Sequence record: PZ347661.1
Strand: one strand, 5' to 3'
Origin: a phage
DNA length: 64,000 bases
Position numbers and translations under genes: made by a program
Shown: positions 17,388 to 28,040 of the stretch, one piece after another
Position numbering within the stretch: position 1 is the stretch's first letter
How the letters are laid out: the number at the start of each line of letters is the position of its first letter
Notes under the pieces: model-generated
What the model was told of the DNA's origin: nothing
Databases searched by the model: none
The model's input: only the letters and a program-made list of their open reading frames with translations

Positions 17388-19952
17388 ATGTTAGTTGCAG
17401 ATACTAATGAAGTAGCTACCTCAGCGACACTGGGTGGCAAAGAAACAATTGCCTTTGGCATCTCTGATGACCCGGCATTCTTCCATGTATTAAGTACTTC
17501 TCTGTATAACAATCCTACTCTGGCAGTAGTCCGTGAGACTATCTGTAACAGTTGGGATGCTCATATTGAAGCAGGTAAGACTAATACTCCTATTCGTATC
17601 ACCATTGATACAGACAACTTTATTACCTTCCGTGACTACGGTAACGGTATCCCAGATGAACTCATTGGTTCCATTTATGGTGTCTATGGTGCATCTACTA
17701 AGAAAGCCAACAGTAGTGTTACTGGTGGCTTTGGTCTGGGATGTAAATCCCCATTCGCTTATACGGATAGCTTCCAGGTTACTTCATGGAACCAGGGAAA
17801 GATGTCGGTATACAACGTAGCTAAGGCTGCGATTGAGAATGATGGTAAGCCAGGTATTGTTCCTATTGTTACTGGTATTCCTACTGAGGAATCTGGTCTG
17901 GAAGTTAAATTCCAGTTAGGCAAACATGATTTAAATACCTTTATTCATTACATCAAATCAATCGTGTTTAACGGTGAGATTAAAGCTGAGCTAAGTACCA
18001 CTAAACTCGTTAAAACAGAAGAGGGCATTAGTATTCAGCAAGGTGACTACACTCTACTGAATACATTGGGTATGTCATTTGAACCCGGTTCGTATGATAT
18101 GTCTGATAGCTGGTATCAGGGTTATATGGGTAACAGTAACATTTTCGTTCGTTACGGCAACGTAATGTACCCAATTGTATCCAGTCCTGCTAGTGAAGAA
18201 GCTGTAGGTCTTATTCTCAACTTTATGAATATCATTGGTGCTTCTAATTTAGTAGTTCAAGCTGCACCAGATACTCTGGCTATTGCTCCTAGTCGAGAAA
18301 CTCTGTCTAACCAGAAGTTAACCGACGATGGTATTACTACTCTATGTGTAGATTTAGTAGACCGTATGGAGAAAGAGATTAAGGCTAAAATTCCTGAAGC
18401 TATTAAGCAGGTTGAAGAATTCGCCTCTAAATCCTCTACTCGCTTTTGGGAATATCCTTCTTTCCTGTCTGCTGTTACAAACCCAATTGTTCAACGTTAT
18501 ATGTCTTCTAGTTTGTGGGCTAAGCAACGTAAGCATCACATCAAGCACTGGCGTAACCTATCCAATAAAGCATTACTAGCTCGTCCTGAATATGCAGGTC
18601 TTAAGAAGCTGTATGGTAAAGCTATACGTGCTCTTAAGCATACGCGTACAGACAGCACCTATTTATTCCAGGATTTAGTATACCGTCACCTACACTTACC
18701 CCAACTTGCTGCTCTAAAGGCTACTGGTATTAAGTGGTCTGGTTACATAGTGAACCAGGGTAGCTGTGTTGACTTAGTAAAAGGTAAGCTTACTGATTAC
18801 TTTAAGATGACTCATCTTAGTCATTTAGGTATCGGCATATTCACTACCAAGAACGTTGTAGTTACCCGACGTTTATCTGATTGTGCAGACTCTTTCTCAT
18901 ACTTCCCTGAGTACAACCGAGGTGACTTGGAGCGTACAGCTTTTGTTCATGTCGTTGGTCCTAAGAAGGGTGCAGCAGAGGAAGCTGTAGCTAAGTTTAC
19001 TGTTATGGGTTATCGGGTAATTGACCTTACTCAATATAATGAGTGGGACAAACCAACTAACTTCCGTAGAGAACAAGCTAAGATGGCTGCTGAAAAACGG
19101 GCTAAGACAATAGCTGCCAATAAAACCAAAGCAGGAGGTAAAACCAATGCTCTGATTTCATTGAATGCAGTTCTTGATACTACCCGGGTACGGAATAAAA
19201 ATGGTGATTGGGAACCCAAGCCCTATATCCAGAAGGAATTTGCTGACCCAAGTCGCCATGAGAAGTACGGTTTCGTTGAAGTGGAGCAACCTAAGTACTA
19301 CGTACTAGCCAATCAGGTTGGTTCAGGTAGCCCAGTAACAGCCAGTATTGGAACCATGTGGAAATGGTATGAGTTGTCCGATGAGATGAAAGCAGAGACT
19401 GTTGTCTGCCGTAATCAAATCGAAGCTAACAAGGCCAAGCGACGTGGTGCTATCCACATTGATGATGTTCGCTTTATGGAACTGATGCCCGTAATTACTA
19501 GTAAAGGCTTCAAGAAGTATGTTACTGAACATCGCATCGGTATTCTGGAATACGTAGGACTGGATGACAGGGAATACTGGGAAATTCTAGACATACTGGG
19601 TCTAACCTTCAAACCATTACAGAATCTGATTTTTAAACCAGAGTATGAGTGGGCATATGACTTTCTACGGAATCGACCACATGACAACAAAGAAAAACTT
19701 GTTGAAATGGGTTGTATTAAGTCAGTGAGTGACTTAGAACCATATACAAAACTGGTTAATCCCCGTAATCATAAGTACTTTAAAATACTTAATGATTACA
19801 AAGAATTATTCAGTTATAGCTGGGCTAAAAATGACATCCTACAGACGCTGGACTTAGGTAGTTTGGTCAAACACCTTAAGAAGAATCCAGAGGATATTCC
19901 TGGGTTTAAGTCCCTCTACCGTAATCGTCTAAATAAACTGAAAGGTAACTAA
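17388..19952 (+). CDS. rIIA: rIIA-like protein (854 aa)
   Basis: Large protein with N-terminal ATPase-like region (CNSWDAH), followed directly by a second large gene as in rIIA/rIIB pairs of N4 and T4; inference. Confidence 0.6.
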   Translation: MLVADTNEVATSATLGGKETIAFGISDDPAFFHVLSTSLYNNPTLAVVRETICNSWDAHIEAGKTNTPIRITIDTDNFITFRDYGNGIPDELIGSIYGVYGASTKKANSSVTGGFGLGCKSPFAYTDSFQVTSWNQGKMSVYNVAKAAIENDGKPGIVPIVTGIPTEESGLEVKFQLGKHDLNTFIHYIKSIVFNGEIKAELSTTKLVKTEEGISIQQGDYTLLNTLGMSFEPGSYDMSDSWYQGYMGNSNIFVRYGNVMYPIVSSPASEEAVGLILNFMNIIGASNLVVQAAPDTLAIAPSRETLSNQKLTDDGITTLCVDLVDRMEKEIKAKIPEAIKQVEEFASKSSTRFWEYPSFLSAVTNPIVQRYMSSSLWAKQRKHHIKHWRNLSNKALLARPEYAGLKKLYGKAIRALKHTRTDSTYLFQDLVYRHLHLPQLAALKATGIKWSGYIVNQGSCVDLVKGKLTDYFKMTHLSHLGIGIFTTKNVVVTRRLSDCADSFSYFPEYNRGDLERTAFVHVVGPKKGAAEEAVAKFTVMGYRVIDLTQYNEWDKPTNFRREQAKMAAEKRAKTIAANKTKAGGKTNALISLNAVLDTTRVRNKNGDWEPKPYIQKEFADPSRHEKYGFVEVEQPKYYVLANQVGSGSPVTASIGTMWKWYELSDEMKAETVVCRNQIEANKAKRRGAIHIDDVRFMELMPVITSKGFKKYVTEHRIGILEYVGLDDREYWEILDILGLTFKPLQNLIFKPEYEWAYDFLRNRPHDNKEKLVEMGCIKSVSDLEPYTKLVNPRNHKYFKILNDYKELFSYSWAKNDILQTLDLGSLVKHLKKNPEDIPGFKSLYRNRLNKLKGN

Positions 19953-19956
19953 TCTG

Positions 19957-21993
19957 ATGAAAATCGAACTGATTTCTATCATCGCACTGGCAGTTGACAG
20001 TCGTAACCTTACACTGTGGAAGCCCGATGGCTCCACGCTTATATATCCTCAGAGCGATCCACGGGTTGCTCGTATTGTATCTGAAGCACAAACCAAAGGT
20101 CTGGGAACTACCAAAGACCAAATAGAAGTGAATATTGCACCAGAAGTAAACCTGCGTACTGAATATCTGGAAGCAGAGAAGAACACTAATGGATTCGTCC
20201 GTTTCTTCAAGGTAGCTAAAGCTAAACTTATGGAGTTCTTTCAGGATGGTACAGGTGTTCCTCCTGCACGTATCGTCTCAGATATTAAGCTGGGTAACCC
20301 TACTAAGACGTTGGTATCTAAAGCCATGGATACCTTCCTGGCTGTACAAGCTAATGAACCAGAAGTAACTGTAACAGATGGTTTCTACGACAGACGAGAC
20401 AACCTGATGTGGGTTACTGGCTGGGATAAGGACCATAACCATCCTGCACTGGTTCGTTTTATCAATGACGTACTGCGTTGTGGTTATGACCATACCAACC
20501 GTACTCTTGCACAGGAATGGCCTATTGCAATTCGTGCAGTATCCGATGATGAAATGGGTGAGTTTGCTAAACAAGCTCAGCACATCAAAGGAGTACACAT
20601 TGTATTTACCAGTCGTGATGTAACGCCATTTCCTTACGTAGAAGTAGTTAAAACTACGAACCAGGATAAGCTGGCTGCCGCTTCTGAGAAGCTGGCTGCA
20701 TTGGGGGCTATTAGTACTGATGATGCTAACTTCCACACTGATGTGAAGGAAGATGAAGTGGTTGTTGCTGTTACCAACAATGGGGTTATCCCTGGAGTTG
20801 AGAACCTGCATCGTCACTTGCGTCAATCTGCTCAGCTGAAAGACTACAAGGGCTTTACTAAGTTCCTTGAGCGTCTGGCTCCGGTTATTAAAGACCGTCT
20901 GCACTCAGTAGAAGACCTGATGAAGTTCATGGAGACTGCTGAACTGCCTATTGCCGATGATGGTTCAATCCTGTTCCTCAAACGCCTTAAGTCTAGTGGT
21001 ATAGAAAACGGTAAACGTGTATTCGTTGACTGTCACTCAGGTAACATTCGTCAATGGGTAGGCTGTAAAGTGCAGGTACGTGAAGACCTGGTAGACCCTG
21101 ACCGTCGTCAGGATTGTTCTAACGGTCTGCACGTAGCATCCATGAGCTATCTACGTGGCTTCGGTGGTAACGTAACTATCCTTGGTAAAGTAGCACCGGA
21201 AGATGTATTTGCTGTTCCTGAGTACAGCACTAATAAGATGCGTGTATCTGCATATCATATTATTGCTGAGCTACCCGAAGAGGAACGTAATAACGTTAAC
21301 AACGGTATCTATCTTTCTAAAACTGAAGTAGGTAAAAAGCTACTTAATGATGCCATCGTTGGGAACCATAGTTCACCTACCACACTTATTATGGTTGGTG
21401 GTCATTATGGTACTAACCTCAAATACACCAATCTATCTTCTGGTTCCGTAGAACAATTCCGTACAGTTGCTAGTAAAGAAGCACTGAATATGGAAGAGTC
21501 ACTGAATGAAGCTGTAGCTGCTGAACCAGTGAAAGCTACTGACCTTAAACCTATTAGTAAGAAGGCTCCTACTGTGAAAGAACAAATCCAGGAACTGGTT
21601 AAAGAGTTCCTTAATGCAACAACCCCTGAAGATAAGTTAGCTGCTGCTGACCTTCTGGTAGAACTGCGTGGTAAAGCTCGTAAGCCCTGGGGTGCATTCG
21701 ACGTAGGTAGTGATGTAGTAGACGCTATTGCTACTATCCGTAGTACTCGCATTCCTGCACCAAAAGCTAAACCGGTGAAGGTAAGCAAACCTATTAAAAC
21801 TGCCCCTAAACCAATTAATGGAACACACGCTGATAATCTGCGTAGCATCCTGAACGATACGACGTACTCCGACTATCAGAAAGGCCATGCTCTGCAAGAC
21901 TATAAGCGTCATGCTAAGAAGTCATTCACTGCAATGGGTTTGACTGAAGAAGAAGCTAAATTAGCTACCAAACTGGTCAAAGCTGTTAAGTAA
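19957..21993 (+). CDS. rIIB: rIIB-like protein (678 aa)
   Basis: Position directly after the rIIA-like gene and size; no specific motif. Confidence 0.5.
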   Translation: MKIELISIIALAVDSRNLTLWKPDGSTLIYPQSDPRVARIVSEAQTKGLGTTKDQIEVNIAPEVNLRTEYLEAEKNTNGFVRFFKVAKAKLMEFFQDGTGVPPARIVSDIKLGNPTKTLVSKAMDTFLAVQANEPEVTVTDGFYDRRDNLMWVTGWDKDHNHPALVRFINDVLRCGYDHTNRTLAQEWPIAIRAVSDDEMGEFAKQAQHIKGVHIVFTSRDVTPFPYVEVVKTTNQDKLAAASEKLAALGAISTDDANFHTDVKEDEVVVAVTNNGVIPGVENLHRHLRQSAQLKDYKGFTKFLERLAPVIKDRLHSVEDLMKFMETAELPIADDGSILFLKRLKSSGIENGKRVFVDCHSGNIRQWVGCKVQVREDLVDPDRRQDCSNGLHVASMSYLRGFGGNVTILGKVAPEDVFAVPEYSTNKMRVSAYHIIAELPEEERNNVNNGIYLSKTEVGKKLLNDAIVGNHSSPTTLIMVGGHYGTNLKYTNLSSGSVEQFRTVASKEALNMEESLNEAVAAEPVKATDLKPISKKAPTVKEQIQELVKEFLNATTPEDKLAAADLLVELRGKARKPWGAFDVGSDVVDAIATIRSTRIPAPKAKPVKVSKPIKTAPKPINGTHADNLRSILNDTTYSDYQKGHALQDYKRHAKKSFTAMGLTEEEAKLATKLVKAVK

Positions 21994-22005
21994 TAGCCTG
22001 TTCAA

Positions 22006-22039
22006 ATAGCCTCACTTATAATAAAGTGAGGCTATCTTT
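22006..22039 (+). terminator. intrinsic terminator (12-bp stem)
   Basis: ATAGCCTCACTT-ATAATA-AAGTGAGGCTAT then CTTTG. Confidence 0.5.
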
Positions 22040-22055
22040 GAAGAGGAAATAAGCT

Positions 22056-22451
22056 ATGTCTAAAGTATTCAGAAGTAATCGCAAAGCAACTGATGAAGAC
22101 ATCATTCGTATGAATGCTGTTGGTCTATCCCTCGCAACTATCGCTAAGACGTTGGGGGTTCACCCCACTACGGTTACTTTGCGATTGCGTTCTCTAAACA
22201 TTGAACCAGCCGACACACGTCGGACGTTCATGGAAAACGTATTACGACCTTTACCAACCCATGTGGCTGATTGGCTATCGGAACAAGTTGGTCCTGCTTA
22301 TGAGATTCGCTCATATGTAAGAGACTTGATTCTGGAGGCATATAATAATCGCCACCTTAACCAAGAGAGTGAGCATGACAAGTTCATCCGTTTGTACGCT
22401 GGCAAATACGGAAGCCTGGTTCCGGAAAGCAGTACCAAATCCAACGAGTAA
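22056..22451 (+). CDS. hypothetical protein, possible helix-turn-helix DNA-binding (131 aa)
   Basis: ORF with GAGGAAA RBS; LSLATIAKTLGVHPTTV looks like an HTH. Confidence 0.5.
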   Translation: MSKVFRSNRKATDEDIIRMNAVGLSLATIAKTLGVHPTTVTLRLRSLNIEPADTRRTFMENVLRPLPTHVADWLSEQVGPAYEIRSYVRDLILEAYNNRHLNQESEHDKFIRLYAGKYGSLVPESSTKSNE

Positions 22452-22497
22452 GAACATTAGTACCCAGATTGGCTGCCATCTGGAAGAAGTATGTGAA

Positions 22498-22836
22498 ATG
22501 TTAGATGAGTTAACCCCATCCTGCGAGGATAGTATGCAAGTGTTAGCCGATGCACAGGCTGCTTTGGGTAAATTATCTCTGCTAATGAAATCAAACCACA
22601 TGGCTATCTTCCCAGCGAATAGCAATCGCTTAGCTTTGCTGGATTCACTGGCAGACCAGATTGTTACAGCAACTGGCGTCGGTACTTTCCTTGGGATGAA
22701 TGTCTCTGGAGCATTGGCTGAAGTCAATCGCTCAAACTATTCTAAGTTTGAAGATGGAGAACCTGTCTTCAATGAGAACATGAAAGTTATGAAAGGGAAA
22801 GACTACACTCCCCCAGATTTAACGCCATATATCTGA
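22498..22836 (+). CDS. MazG-like nucleotide pyrophosphohydrolase candidate (112 aa)
   Basis: EEVCEMLDE resembles the MazG EExxE-xxD metal-binding motif; start trimmed to internal ATG. Confidence 0.4.
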   Translation: MLDELTPSCEDSMQVLADAQAALGKLSLLMKSNHMAIFPANSNRLALLDSLADQIVTATGVGTFLGMNVSGALAEVNRSNYSKFEDGEPVFNENMKVMKGKDYTPPDLTPYI

Positions 22837-22843
22837 GGTACAT

Positions 22844-22975
22844 ATGACTGAAGATTTTCTGACATGGTTTGAAAAGACTTTTCCCGTGCATCTTTGGCCC
22901 TCTGAAGAGGAACGGGAGGAACTAAAAACCTACACCTGGCTTGCTTGGCGTGATGCCAAAAGAGTAACTACTTAA
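22844..22975 (+). CDS. hypothetical small protein (43 aa)
   Basis: ATG with GAGG RBS; ends before terminator; below ORF-track cutoff. Confidence 0.25.
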   Translation: MTEDFLTWFEKTFPVHLWPSEEEREELKTYTWLAWRDAKRVTT

Positions 22976-22980
22976 AAACA

Positions 22981-23000
22981 ACCCTCTACGGAGGGTTTTT
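22981..23000 (+). terminator. intrinsic terminator
   Basis: ACCCTC-TACG-GAGGGT followed by TTTTT. Confidence 0.6.
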
Positions 23001-23013
23001 ACTGGAGATTTTA

Positions 23014-24324
23014 ATGTTTTCCAAACCTACCAAAGCCCCGCTGAACAAGGGGCAAGAAGCGGTTGCGAAGGAGTTCTTCGACTTCCTGCTCAACCCTAAT
23101 GCTACCGAATTCAATATTAGTGGCCCAGGGGGAACTGGCAAGACATTCCTGATGTCGCACCTCATTGATGACACAATGCCTGCATATATGGAAACTTGCT
23201 CCCTTATGGGAACCAAGTCTCTGTATAACGAAGTTGTTATGACTGCGACCACGAACAAAGCTGCTGAAGTTCTGGCTCAGGCTACTGGACGTCCTACATC
23301 TACTTATCATTCCTTCCAGGGATTGATTGTTAAGAATGACTTTAAGACTGGTGAGGCTAATGTCGTACCATCTAAATCATTCAATATTAAGAAGAACAAA
23401 ATCATCTTCGTAGATGAAGCATCCATGATTGACCGTCAGTTACTTAAGTATGCCCGTGAAGGTACTCACCAGTGCAAACTGGTATTTGTAGGAGATGCTT
23501 CCCAGCTTCTGCCTGTTAAAGAGAATAAGTCTCCAGTGTATGCAGGTAATATCCCAACACACTATCTGACTGAACAGATGCGTACCGATGTACCGGAACT
23601 CAAAGCATTGAACCAGCAATTGCGTGATACGGTAGAAGGTAAGACAGGCTTCCTGCCTATTAAGTGTATTCCAGGCATCATTGATTGGGTACAGGGGGAA
23701 GAGATGGAGAAACTGGTTCTCAGTCACTTCACTCAACCTACTAATAGCCGTATTGTTGCTTACACAAATGACCAGGTTATTAATTACAATAACTACATTC
23801 GTGAAGCTAATGGCTACGTGGGTGAGTACTCCATTGGTGAACAGCTAGTCTCTAACTCTGCTATTCGCTTAGGTGTGGATAATCGTCTGTCTATCGAACA
23901 AGACGTAAAACTCATCGACCAGGATAGCAGTACTCGCATGATTAAGGTTACAGGTGACCTGGAACTGGAAGTTCGTGATAGTACTCTGGACCTTGGTTAT
24001 GGTGGTATTGTAAGTGAAGTTCCTGTTCCTACTGACCCAGACTACTTCAACCGTTTGGTTAAGTGGTTAGGTAAAGAGAAGAACTGGGAACCTTACTTCC
24101 GTCTTAAAGAAACCATTCCAGACCTGCGTGCTACTCATGCATGTACTGTCCATAAATCACAAGGCTCTACTTACGACACAATCTTCATTGATGCAGATGA
24201 CCTCTCAAGCTGTCGCCAACCTGATATGGTTGCTCGTCTGCTTTACGTCGCTGTGTCCCGTGCGCGTAAGCGAGTAGTGTTCTATGGCAATCTTGCCAGT
24301 AAGTATGGTGGTCTAACTTTCTAA
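23014..24324 (+). CDS. SF1 DNA helicase, Dda/RecD-like (436 aa)
   Basis: Walker A GPGGTGKTF, Walker B FVDEASMI, C-terminal TVHKSQGSTYD motif. Confidence 0.8.
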   Translation: MFSKPTKAPLNKGQEAVAKEFFDFLLNPNATEFNISGPGGTGKTFLMSHLIDDTMPAYMETCSLMGTKSLYNEVVMTATTNKAAEVLAQATGRPTSTYHSFQGLIVKNDFKTGEANVVPSKSFNIKKNKIIFVDEASMIDRQLLKYAREGTHQCKLVFVGDASQLLPVKENKSPVYAGNIPTHYLTEQMRTDVPELKALNQQLRDTVEGKTGFLPIKCIPGIIDWVQGEEMEKLVLSHFTQPTNSRIVAYTNDQVINYNNYIREANGYVGEYSIGEQLVSNSAIRLGVDNRLSIEQDVKLIDQDSSTRMIKVTGDLELEVRDSTLDLGYGGIVSEVPVPTDPDYFNRLVKWLGKEKNWEPYFRLKETIPDLRATHACTVHKSQGSTYDTIFIDADDLSSCRQPDMVARLLYVAVSRARKRVVFYGNLASKYGGLTF

Positions 24325-24334
24325 GGGAGGGTAT

Positions 24335-24865
24335 ATGCCTCAGATTGGTTCAGCGACTATTGGTCAAGTTGCCAATAGCAGTGATATAGTCAAACACCTG
24401 TTCTTAGCAGAACTGGTTCGTCTTGATAGTGTGTTAAACGGTATCATTGATAAGAACGACCGTATCAATGGTATTGATGTATCGGCTGGATTCCTTTATC
24501 AAGGGGAATTCTATCAGCGTTCTAATGCTGCCAGACCCCCAACCTACGGTGAGCGATTAACACTTAATCCAGAACTATGGCCTGCAATGGACAAGTATCT
24601 GAAAGCCTCCAGTCGCTTGATTATGGAAGTACACCTTGTGAACCAGACAGTATATCGTCTGGTTCGTGGTTGTATGTCTTATCAGGATGTACGTGATGCT
24701 TTACCTGAGTGCCTGGTAGCCCAGGACCAGACTGGTAAGTACAAGGAACTGCCACGTACTCGTGAAGCAGCCTGGACACTTGCTGGTGATCCTATGGCAA
24801 TAAAACAGTATGAGAAGATTCTTCCCTCTATTGAGTATTATGCAGCTTCCCATCTGATTTTCTAA
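24335..24865 (+). CDS. hypothetical protein (176 aa)
   Basis: ORF with GGGAGGG RBS. Confidence 0.55.
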   Translation: MPQIGSATIGQVANSSDIVKHLFLAELVRLDSVLNGIIDKNDRINGIDVSAGFLYQGEFYQRSNAARPPTYGERLTLNPELWPAMDKYLKASSRLIMEVHLVNQTVYRLVRGCMSYQDVRDALPECLVAQDQTGKYKELPRTREAAWTLAGDPMAIKQYEKILPSIEYYAASHLIF

Positions 24866-24874
24866 GGTAAAGCT

Positions 24875-27454
24875 ATGCGTTACATCACCTCTCAAGATAC
24901 GGGTAAGTATCCCATTGCTATCCTCGGTCATCAAATCCGAAGGGAGGAGATGATTAAAACCTACCTGCTGCCTAATGACTTAAGCATGGAAGATTTCATC
25001 TTCATTGAGCTTCATTCTGCCCCAGGCAAGAAGAAGACTCCTGCAAGGGAAATTAAAGAGTTCATACAGCAGGAACTTCAACAAGTACTGGATGATGCAG
25101 AAACTCAATACATAATCTGTACCGATTCTGATTACTTCAAAATACTGACTAAAGAAGCTAAAGCAGAGGCTAACCTCGGCTATGTTTGTGACTCAATATG
25201 GGGTAAGCAGAAGGTTATCTATGCACCTAGCTACAGGCAGGTCTTTTATGATCCTCCTGTAGTGAAATCCAAGATTGCTCAGGGTATGGATGCATTACTT
25301 AACCACATCCGTGGGCAGTATGCCGAACCAGGTCAGGGAATCATTGAGTTTGAAGCCTATCCAGATACACCAGAGAAGATTAAAGCCTGGTTAGACCAGT
25401 TGCTTGAGATGAATAAGCCACTGGCTATAGACATTGAAACATTCGGTTTAAAGCACTATAACGCCGAGGTAGGAACAATTACATTCTGTTGGAGTAAGAC
25501 ACAAGGCATAGCCTTTAATGTGGACTACGAGCCGATTCCTGGGGCTACTGAAGCACCTTACGGGCGTATCAACAGAAATGATATTGTTCGAAATCTTCTC
25601 CGTGAGTTCTTCATTAAGTACACCCAACGGCAGATGTATCACAACATTAGCTATGACGTGTATGTGCTTATCTATCAGTTATTCATGGATAACCTGATTG
25701 ATACAGAAGGCTTACTACATGGCATGGAAATCATGCTACGTAACTGGGATTGCACTAAGTTAATTACCTACCTGGCTACTAACAGTTGTGCCGGTAATCA
25801 CCTTAGTCTGAAAGATCAGGCTCAGGAGTATGCTGGTAACTATGCTCAGGATGATATTAAAGACATCTGTCTTATTCCTAATGAGCAGCTGTTACGCTAC
25901 AACCTCATTGACGGTTTGTGTACGTGGTACACCTATGAGAAGCACTGGGATACTCTCATTGCTGATAACCAATTGGATGTTTACAACAACATCTTTAAGC
26001 CAGCTTGTGAAGATATTATCCAGATGCAGTTAACCGGTATGCCCATGAATATGGATACCGTTAACCAAGTAGCTAAGGAGATGGAAACTGACAGGAACCA
26101 GGCTCTGAAAACTATTCGTGAGTCTAAGCTCATGAAGAACTTCACACTGATGCTTCGTCAGGAATGGGTAGACGATAAGAATGCTAAGCTGAAGAAGAAG
26201 CAAGTAACACTTGCTGACTGTGACATCGAGTTTAATCCAAACTCCGGTCCACAGCTACAGAAGCTGTTATTTGACTATATTGGCTTACCGGTTCTTGGTC
26301 TTACTAAGAGCAAGCAACCTGCTACTGATGGTGACACTATTAAAGCACTGCGTACCCATACGCAGAGTGAAGATGTTAAGGAACTGCTCAATGCACTTAT
26401 CGACTATAAGCTCGTGGATAAGATTATCACTAGCTTTATACCAGCTTTCAGGAATGCCCAACCGGGACCGGATGGCTGGCACTACCTATTCGGTAACCTC
26501 AATCTGGGAGGCACAGTCTCCGGTAGGCTATCGGCTTCAGAGCCAAATCTACAAACAATTCCATCCGGCTCTAAATATGCCAAGAAGATTAAGAAATGCT
26601 TCGAAGCTCCTCCAGGCTGGATATTTTGCGGCTTGGATTTCGCCTCGCTGGAAGACAGAATCTCTGCACTGACTACTAAAGACCCACAAAAGCTCAAGGT
26701 ATATACCGACGGCTATGATGGTCACAGTCTACGTGCATATGCTTACTTCGGCGAGCAGATGCCAGACATAGAAGACACAGTAGAATCCATTAACTCCATT
26801 CAGCATAAGTACAAATCATTACGTAGTGATTCGAAGGCTCCAACCTTCCTGCTTACCTATGGTGGTACTTATATGGGCTTAATGAAAAACTGTGGCTTCT
26901 CTGAAGAGAAGGCTAAAACTACAGAGAAACGTTATCACGATCTCTATGTAGTTAGTGACAGGTGGGTTCAGGCTAAGCTGGACGAAGCTGCCAAAACTGG
27001 CTATGTTACTGCCGCATTCGGTTTGAGAGTGCGTACTCCTTTACTGGCTCAGGTTTTACGTGGGACATGTAAGACTCCGTATGAAGCAGAAGCAGAAGGC
27101 AGAACTGCTGGTAATGCTTTAGGGCAAAGCTGGTGTCTACTGAATAACCGTGCTGGTTCAGAATTTATGCGTAAAGTCAGAGCCAGTGAGTTCAGATTAG
27201 ATATTCGTCCTAGTATTCATATTCATGATGCTCAGTACTTCATGATTCGTGACAACATGGATACCTTGCAGTTTACGAACAAGCACTTGGTTGAAGCTGT
27301 TAACTGGCAAGACCATCCTGATATTGCTCATCCAGAAGTTGGCTTGGGTGGGGAACTATCCTTGTTTTACCCAACGTGGGCTAACGAGATTGAAATTCCA
27401 AATCACGCTACCCCAGAAGAAGTTCATCAAATAATTCAAAAGGCATTCGCATGA
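24875..27454 (+). CDS. family A DNA polymerase with 3-prime-5-prime exonuclease domain (859 aa)
   Basis: Exo I LAIDIETFG; Pol A motif A LDFASLEDRI, motif B RSDSKAPTFLLTYGG, motif C HIHDAQYF. Confidence 0.85.
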   Translation: MRYITSQDTGKYPIAILGHQIRREEMIKTYLLPNDLSMEDFIFIELHSAPGKKKTPAREIKEFIQQELQQVLDDAETQYIICTDSDYFKILTKEAKAEANLGYVCDSIWGKQKVIYAPSYRQVFYDPPVVKSKIAQGMDALLNHIRGQYAEPGQGIIEFEAYPDTPEKIKAWLDQLLEMNKPLAIDIETFGLKHYNAEVGTITFCWSKTQGIAFNVDYEPIPGATEAPYGRINRNDIVRNLLREFFIKYTQRQMYHNISYDVYVLIYQLFMDNLIDTEGLLHGMEIMLRNWDCTKLITYLATNSCAGNHLSLKDQAQEYAGNYAQDDIKDICLIPNEQLLRYNLIDGLCTWYTYEKHWDTLIADNQLDVYNNIFKPACEDIIQMQLTGMPMNMDTVNQVAKEMETDRNQALKTIRESKLMKNFTLMLRQEWVDDKNAKLKKKQVTLADCDIEFNPNSGPQLQKLLFDYIGLPVLGLTKSKQPATDGDTIKALRTHTQSEDVKELLNALIDYKLVDKIITSFIPAFRNAQPGPDGWHYLFGNLNLGGTVSGRLSASEPNLQTIPSGSKYAKKIKKCFEAPPGWIFCGLDFASLEDRISALTTKDPQKLKVYTDGYDGHSLRAYAYFGEQMPDIEDTVESINSIQHKYKSLRSDSKAPTFLLTYGGTYMGLMKNCGFSEEKAKTTEKRYHDLYVVSDRWVQAKLDEAAKTGYVTAAFGLRVRTPLLAQVLRGTCKTPYEAEAEGRTAGNALGQSWCLLNNRAGSEFMRKVRASEFRLDIRPSIHIHDAQYFMIRDNMDTLQFTNKHLVEAVNWQDHPDIAHPEVGLGGELSLFYPTWANEIEIPNHATPEEVHQIIQKAFA

Positions 27455-27756
27455 CCAAAAGTACTAAAGAAACTGTAGTCAGAAAATATCATTGGATGGT
27501 GGCAGCACAAGTAGTCTTCCAGCTTCCTAAAGTGGATGATGGTTCCCTGCTTACCATGAACACAATGTTGCTCACTGATGAACCTTATGTGACCTATAAA
27601 GATTTGGCCCGTGCCAATCATTCCCTGAAGATTAGTCTGGACCAGCGTTTCGACACTTCGGTTGACCTGAAAGACATTGTTTATCTGTCTCTTAGTAACC
27701 TGGGTCTGATGTCTGAACCAGAGTTCCAGGCAAACATGATTCCAAAGGATAAATAA
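27451..27756 (+). CDS. hypothetical protein (101 aa)
   Basis: ORF, ATGA coupling. Confidence 0.5.
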   Translation: MTKSTKETVVRKYHWMVAAQVVFQLPKVDDGSLLTMNTMLLTDEPYVTYKDLARANHSLKISLDQRFDTSVDLKDIVYLSLSNLGLMSEPEFQANMIPKDK

Positions 27757-28040
27757 TGACTAAGCTCTCCGGTGGATTGAATAACTGGTATGTAGTACCA
27801 GTTAAGCACCCTCAACGGAAAGAGCAAGAGCCATACCAAGCAGAGTGTGAGGATATTATCCAAGCACTGGGCATGACCTTCGATGAAGGTTGTGCCTTTA
27901 AAGCTCTGTGGCGAAATGCTGCTGCCCGTATGGGTAATGGTAAACCTGGAAACTCTTCAGTGTACGACTCAGAGAAGATTGTGCACTATGCCAACCGTAT
28001 ATTAAAAAAGGCTTACAATGAAGATAACCAACAATCATGA
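27756..28040 (+). CDS. hypothetical protein (94 aa)
   Basis: ORF, overlap coupling. Confidence 0.5.
   Translation: MTKLSGGLNNWYVVPVKHPQRKEQEPYQAECEDIIQALGMTFDEGCAFKALWRNAAARMGNGKPGNSSVYDSEKIVHYANRILKKAYNEDNQQS

Noticed and set aside
20278-20904. 208-aa - strand ORF inside the rIIB-like gene (and similar - strand ORFs at 21405-21912, 22311-22727, 12457-12712)
   Set aside because: They are antisense to well-supported + strand genes in a uniformly + oriented region; no RBS or promoter context.
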